Shown here one piece after another: positions 59,718-64,000 of a stretch of DNA of 64,000 bases (position 1 is the first letter of the stretch; each line of letters opens with the position of its first letter). The notes beneath the pieces are model-generated. The model made no database searches. It saw nothing but the letters and a program-made list of their open reading frames with translations, and was not told the origin of the DNA. Source of the DNA: Candidatus Levyibacteriota bacterium (GTDB lineage: Bacteria; Patescibacteriota; Microgenomatia; Levybacterales; UBA12049); NCBI GenBank assembly GCA_041906785.1, contig JAYRIM010000028.1, positions 35,934-99,933 of the forward strand. Direction: 5' to 3'. The translations under genes were made by a program, and so were the position numbers.

Positions 59718-60832
59718 AAAAAAAACTATTATTTTTTTATATTGTTTTTTTGTTAAGCATTCTCCTTTTTTCCTATCTTTTTATTGATTATAATTTACCA
59801 TATTTTTCTTTTTTCTATACAGGCTTCTATACTAACTTTAGACAAGTAACAACATTACTGTTTTGTCTATTTTTAGGTATTGGACAAATAGTTTATATAC
59901 ATTTTTTTCGTTACTTTAGTAGAGATAATTCTAAAAAAAAATACCTTCGTATAGCATTCTTCACGATAGTATTACTTGCTTTTAGTTATCCAGCGATAGT
60001 GTCATATGATATTTTTAATTATATAGCCACTGCGAAAATAACTTTCTTCTATCATGAGAATCCTTATATCGTTATGCCAAATGAATTTTTGGGAGATCCG
60101 ATGCTCCTTTTTATGCACGCACCAAATAAAACTGCATTATATGGACCCATTTGGATATTACTGACTGGAATACCATATGTGATAGGAAATAGCTATTTTA
60201 TTTTAACTTTGTTTCTTTTTAAATTTATTGTTATTTTATTTTTATTTCTTACTTTATTTGTTATCTACAAATTAACAGAAGATATATATCCTGTCTTACT
60301 TTTTACATTTAATCCTCTGGTTATTTTGGAGACAGTTATCAGCGGACATAATGACATTGTCATGATGAGCTTAGCGCTATCGGGTTTTTATTTATTAAAG
60401 AAAAACAAGGTAGCATTAGGACTTTTGATTTTACTATTATCAATATTAATAAAGTATGCAACATTAATACTCCTTCCGATTTATGTATTTTATGCATATA
60501 GAAAAATCACTAAAAAAGAAATTCATTGGCATATCGTTTTTTCTTACTGTTTTTCCGCTATGCTTTTCATGTTTTTTATCTCGACTTTTCGTGAGGAAAT
60601 ATATCCATGGTATGCTGTTTGGTTTTTTGTATTTACTGTTCTAACAAAAAATAAAATGATGTTATACTTCTCCTTCATTCTTTCTTTTAGTGTACTTTTT
60701 CGTCATGTACCTTATATGTATTGGGGTATGTATGACCAAAGAACAGCAATCGTCAAAACAATTATTACTTTTGTACCAGTGAGTACATATTGCTTTTATG
60801 CATTCTTTAAAAAATTTCAAACAAAAAAGTAA
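59714..60832 (+). CDS. GT-C membrane glycosyltransferase, MptA/MptB-like
   Basis: SYDIFNY, YGPIW, FNPLVILE...GHND, YPWY; paralog of the 10850 gene. Confidence 0.75.
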   Translation: MKKKLLFFYIVFLLSILLFSYLFIDYNLPYFSFFYTGFYTNFRQVTTLLFCLFLGIGQIVYIHFFRYFSRDNSKKKYLRIAFFTIVLLAFSYPAIVSYDIFNYIATAKITFFYHENPYIVMPNEFLGDPMLLFMHAPNKTALYGPIWILLTGIPYVIGNSYFILTLFLFKFIVILFLFLTLFVIYKLTEDIYPVLLFTFNPLVILETVISGHNDIVMMSLALSGFYLLKKNKVALGLLILLLSILIKYATLILLPIYVFYAYRKITKKEIHWHIVFSYCFSAMLFMFFISTFREEIYPWYAVWFFVFTVLTKNKMMLYFSFILSFSVLFRHVPYMYWGMYDQRTAIVKTIITFVPVSTYCFYAFFKKFQTKK

Positions 60833-62498
60833 ATATCCTCAAGCAATCATACTTTTTCTACAGAACAAGTATTTATTATTATCCTTATTGTTATCTTTTA
60901 TTGGTTTGTATCCACTTACTCATACTGGTTTACATCCGACACATGATGGAGAATACCATATAATACGATTCTATGAATTTTATAGATCTTTTTCAGAAGG
61001 TAATATCTATCCCCGCTGGGCTTCAGATTTAAATGCAGGATTTGGAGTACCTTTATTTAATTATGTTTATCCATTACCGAACTATATAGCAAGCGTCCTG
61101 CATGTATTAGGATTTAGTTTCATAGATGCTTTTAAACTTAACATGATGCTAGCAACTCTTATTGGATGTCTTTTTTTCTTTTATTTTACACGTTATTTTT
61201 TTGATGATCTTATTGCGCTAGTAGGAGCTGTTTTTTACTCTTTCGCTCCTTATCGCTTCGTAGATATTTATGTACGAGGATCGGTCGGAGAAGTTTGGGC
61301 ATTAGCATTTTTACCTGGAATTTTATTTTTTCTATTAAAATCTACACGTGACAACAGGAAATTCATTATTCCTGGAGGCATCATTTTTTCACTATTAATT
61401 TTTTCGCATAATATTCTGGCAATGCTCTCCAGTATTTTTATTGCCTGTTATGGAACAGTACTCATTCTAGAACAGAAGCAGAAGTTGAGGTCATGTATAA
61501 CTGTACTATTTTTCTTTTTAATTGGGTTAAGTATTTCTGCAATTTTTTGGCTTCCAGCATTAGGTGAAACATCATATGTGAAAGGGCTTGAAATTTACGA
61601 CGTGAGACAAAGTTTTGTAGAAGCTTATCAATTACTTTTTCCTTCATGGGGAACAGGATTTTCTTCGAAAGATAGCGGGAATGAGATGTCTCTGCAGATT
61701 GGATTTATTCACACAGTAATTACTGTTTTTTGTATTTTTTTATTCTTCTTAAAAAGAAGATCGGGAAAAGAACGGCTAACAATCATTTTTATGATTCTAA
61801 CTCTTAATTTTTCAATTTATATGATGCTCTCTACATCATCCTTTATTTGGGAGTCTGTTCCTCTGTTAGGTTTCGTCCAATTTCCATGGAGAATTCTAAG
61901 CATCGTTATTTTTACTACATCCTTTCTAGCGGCTTATTCTTTAACTTTTTTTTCTTCAAAACAAAAAACTATAGTATCTTATATATATATTTTATTATTG
62001 ATATTGACTACAATCTCCTATACAAAACCTGCGTATTATCATATGAGGGATGATGGGTATTACATACGTCGCCCAAACTTTATTCGAGGTACAAACAGCA
62101 TCGGAAATCTTTTCAATACGATTTGGATAGATGAAATTCCCAGAAATAAAAAAAAAGAGATTACATTTTCAGCTAAAGGTTTGGTGCTAAACAGCGTAGA
62201 AAAAACTCAACAAAAAACGTATACGGTTTACCTGGAACAGTCAGGTGATATTACTTTTCCTATTGCTTATTTTCCTGGGTGGAGTATATATGTCGACAGA
62301 ACACGATATCCAACTCAAATAACAACGGATGGTTTGGTAAAAACGCATATTCCAGCAGGCAAGCATAGTATTGAAGTCGTATTTCTTGATACAATTATTA
62401 GAAAGATAGCAAAAAGTTGGACATTAATCACAATTCTTTTTTTAACAATTATTACATTTAAGTTATTTGTTCTAAAAAAAAATGAACGTAGCAATTGA
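60798..62498 (+). CDS. PTPS-related membrane protein (putative GT-C)
   Basis: THDG..H..R, PRW..LN.G.G.PLFNY, RGSVGE, SHN, QFPWR, YFPGW. Confidence 0.8.
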   Translation: MHSLKNFKQKSKYPQAIILFLQNKYLLLSLLLSFIGLYPLTHTGLHPTHDGEYHIIRFYEFYRSFSEGNIYPRWASDLNAGFGVPLFNYVYPLPNYIASVLHVLGFSFIDAFKLNMMLATLIGCLFFFYFTRYFFDDLIALVGAVFYSFAPYRFVDIYVRGSVGEVWALAFLPGILFFLLKSTRDNRKFIIPGGIIFSLLIFSHNILAMLSSIFIACYGTVLILEQKQKLRSCITVLFFFLIGLSISAIFWLPALGETSYVKGLEIYDVRQSFVEAYQLLFPSWGTGFSSKDSGNEMSLQIGFIHTVITVFCIFLFFLKRRSGKERLTIIFMILTLNFSIYMMLSTSSFIWESVPLLGFVQFPWRILSIVIFTTSFLAAYSLTFFSSKQKTIVSYIYILLLILTTISYTKPAYYHMRDDGYYIRRPNFIRGTNSIGNLFNTIWIDEIPRNKKKEITFSAKGLVLNSVEKTQQKTYTVYLEQSGDITFPIAYFPGWSIYVDRTRYPTQITTDGLVKTHIPAGKHSIEVVFLDTIIRKIAKSWTLITILFLTIITFKLFVLKKNERSN

Positions 62499-63531
62499 TA
62501 TTTCACCATTAGAAACAGGGCATAAAGTTAGAGGGACTGGATTCTATTTATTTCATTTGAAAGAAGCATTATTGAAGTATCACTCTGATATTTCATACGC
62601 GTTTTTCAACAAAGAAAATGAAATTAGTTTAGACACAGATATAGTACATTATCCATATTTTGAACCGTTCTTTAAAACATTGCCTCTTTTTAAAAGAAAA
62701 AAAACAATAGTAACTGTGCATGATTTAACTCCACTTGTTTTTCCCCAACACTTTCCTGCAGGAATAAAAGGTAAATTTAAATGGCTATATCAAAAAAAAA
62801 TGCTTCAGCAAGTAGACGCAGTTATTACTGATTCAGAGTCATCAAGAAAAGATATTATCCGTATTGCAGGTGTTTCAGAGAAAAAAATTAGTGCTATTTA
62901 TCTTGCTGCTGATGAAACATTTACATCCTTACCAAATAAGGAAGTTGCTACTATTCGAAAAAAGTATGATCTTCCTGAACAATTTATTCTCTATGTCGGA
63001 GATGCAACGTGGAATAAAAATCTACCGAGACTAATGCAAGCTGTAAAAAAAACATCACATCAACTTATTCTTGTAGGAAAAGTCTTCGAGCAGGAAAATA
63101 TTGACTTGCATAATGATTGGAATAAAGATCTACTACAAGCTAGGAAAATGCTTCATGAATGCACTAACATTAGAACATTGGGTTTTGTGTCGTCTATTGA
63201 TCTCCCAGGTATATATAATGCCGCAACAATGCTCGCTATGCCATCTTTATATGAAGGGTTTGGATTACCCATTTTGGAAGCGATGCAAAGTGGATGTCCG
63301 GTTTTAACTTCACGTGCTGGTTCACTTGCTGAAGTTGCAGAAGAAGCTGCCTTTTACATTGATCCCTTTTCTATTGAAAACATTGTAAGTGGCATTGAGC
63401 AAATAATGGAGAAAGAAACATTACGAAAACAACTCTCTGAGAAAGGATTAAACCAAGCAAAGAAATTTTCCTGGAAACGTACCGCAGGGCAAACAGTAGA
63501 TATATATAAACAGGTAATAGATAGTAAGTAA
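62482..63531 (+). CDS. GT4 glycosyltransferase (MtfB/WbaZ-like)
   Basis: RGTG.Y, TVHDL, KNL..L, PSLYEGFGLPILEAM. Confidence 0.92.
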   Translation: MNVAIDISPLETGHKVRGTGFYLFHLKEALLKYHSDISYAFFNKENEISLDTDIVHYPYFEPFFKTLPLFKRKKTIVTVHDLTPLVFPQHFPAGIKGKFKWLYQKKMLQQVDAVITDSESSRKDIIRIAGVSEKKISAIYLAADETFTSLPNKEVATIRKKYDLPEQFILYVGDATWNKNLPRLMQAVKKTSHQLILVGKVFEQENIDLHNDWNKDLLQARKMLHECTNIRTLGFVSSIDLPGIYNAATMLAMPSLYEGFGLPILEAMQSGCPVLTSRAGSLAEVAEEAAFYIDPFSIENIVSGIEQIMEKETLRKQLSEKGLNQAKKFSWKRTAGQTVDIYKQVIDSK

Positions 63532-63575
63532 ATGTGTATATGATTATTAATCATTTCTTGTCGTGATATATTTAT

Positions 63576-63605
63576 TTGACATCAGATTATTACAAGCAAT
63601 ATAAT
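63576..63605 (+). promoter_or_regulatory. Sigma70 promoter, leaderless geometry
   Basis: TTGACA (63576-63581), 18 bp, TATAAT (63600-63605), 6 nt to ATG 63612. Confidence 0.7.
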
Positions 63606-63611
63606 CAACCT

Positions 63612-64000
63612 ATGGTTCAGCTGATAGGACTCAAGAATTTACATGAACACCCCATAATCGATGGAGTAATAACACGACCATTAAAAATTAATAGAGATGA
63701 AACAGGAATTCTTGTAGAAACAATGCGAAAGGACTGGCAAGATGTCTATGGTGAAGGAAGAGATTTCGCAATGCAATATTACTCTGTTACACAGTCTGGT
63801 ATCGCGAGAGACGAATCAGTATGGCATTACCATCCAGGAGGTCAAGAAGATCGTTTTCTCGTCGTTTCTGGGACTATTGTTACAGCAATCGCAGATCAAC
63901 GAAAAGAATCACCGACATTTGGTTTACTGAATCTTTTTGTTATGGATAGTGAAAAAAGTCCATATATAATTGTTATTCCCAAACGCACATTACATGGTTT
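63612..64000 (+). CDS. dTDP-4-dehydrorhamnose 3,5-epimerase (RmlC)-like cupin, truncated by the window end
   Basis: Not in the ORF track; translated by hand: MVQLIGLKNLHEHPIIDGVITRPLKINRDETGILVETMR...WHYHPGGQEDRF...DQRKESPTFG...IPKRTLHG. Confidence 0.8.
   Translation, partial: MVQLIGLKNLHEHPIIDGVITRPLKINRDETGILVETMRKDWQDVYGEGRDFAMQYYSVTQSGIARDESVWHYHPGGQEDRFLVVSGTIVTAIADQRKESPTFGLLNLFVMDSEKSPYIIVIPKRTLHG

Noticed and set aside
94-63930. Numerous short ORFs (60-125 aa) antisense to or overlapping the long genes in the ORF track
   Set aside because: They are shadows of well-supported CDSs and carry no recognisable motifs
1-64000. CRISPR array, transposase, reverse transcriptase/DGR, prophage or alternative genetic code
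   Set aside because: No repeat-spacer array or such ORFs seen; long ORFs tile the window with TGA as stop

Overview
AT-rich bacterial DNA using the standard genetic code (TGA serves as stop in many ATGA overlaps). Gene content and style suggest a Patescibacteria/CPR genome, probably Microgenomates; this is inference, as no phylogenetic marker is present. Bases 1-10,000 are a mixed region: RRM RNA-binding protein, a NUDIX / HIT-like / MazG trio, a stand-alone FabH-like ketosynthase, YdcF, a metallophosphoesterase, tRNA-Glu(CUC), a YdeN hydrolase, a minimal M28-like peptidase and a second NUDIX. From 10,092 to the window end (>53 kb, continuing past it) is one very large surface-glycosylation locus. 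By my count it has 24 multi-pass GT-C-type glycosyltransferases (12 ArnT/PMT-like, 5 PTPS-related/YfhO-tail, 4 YfhO-like, 2 MptA-like, 1 GT87-like), 9 GT2 (4 of polyprenol-phosphate-sugar synthase type), 2 GT4, one Wzx-type flippase, galE and a partial rmlC-like gene. I see no GtrA, Wzy, Wzz, WaaL or initiating phosphoglycosyltransferase. Features not explained by the genes include five ~35-bp arrays of degenerate heptamer repeats inside coding sequence, many promoters placed for leaderless mRNA, and a perfect 18-bp palindrome within the operon. Family calls come from motif recognition by eye, not database searches.
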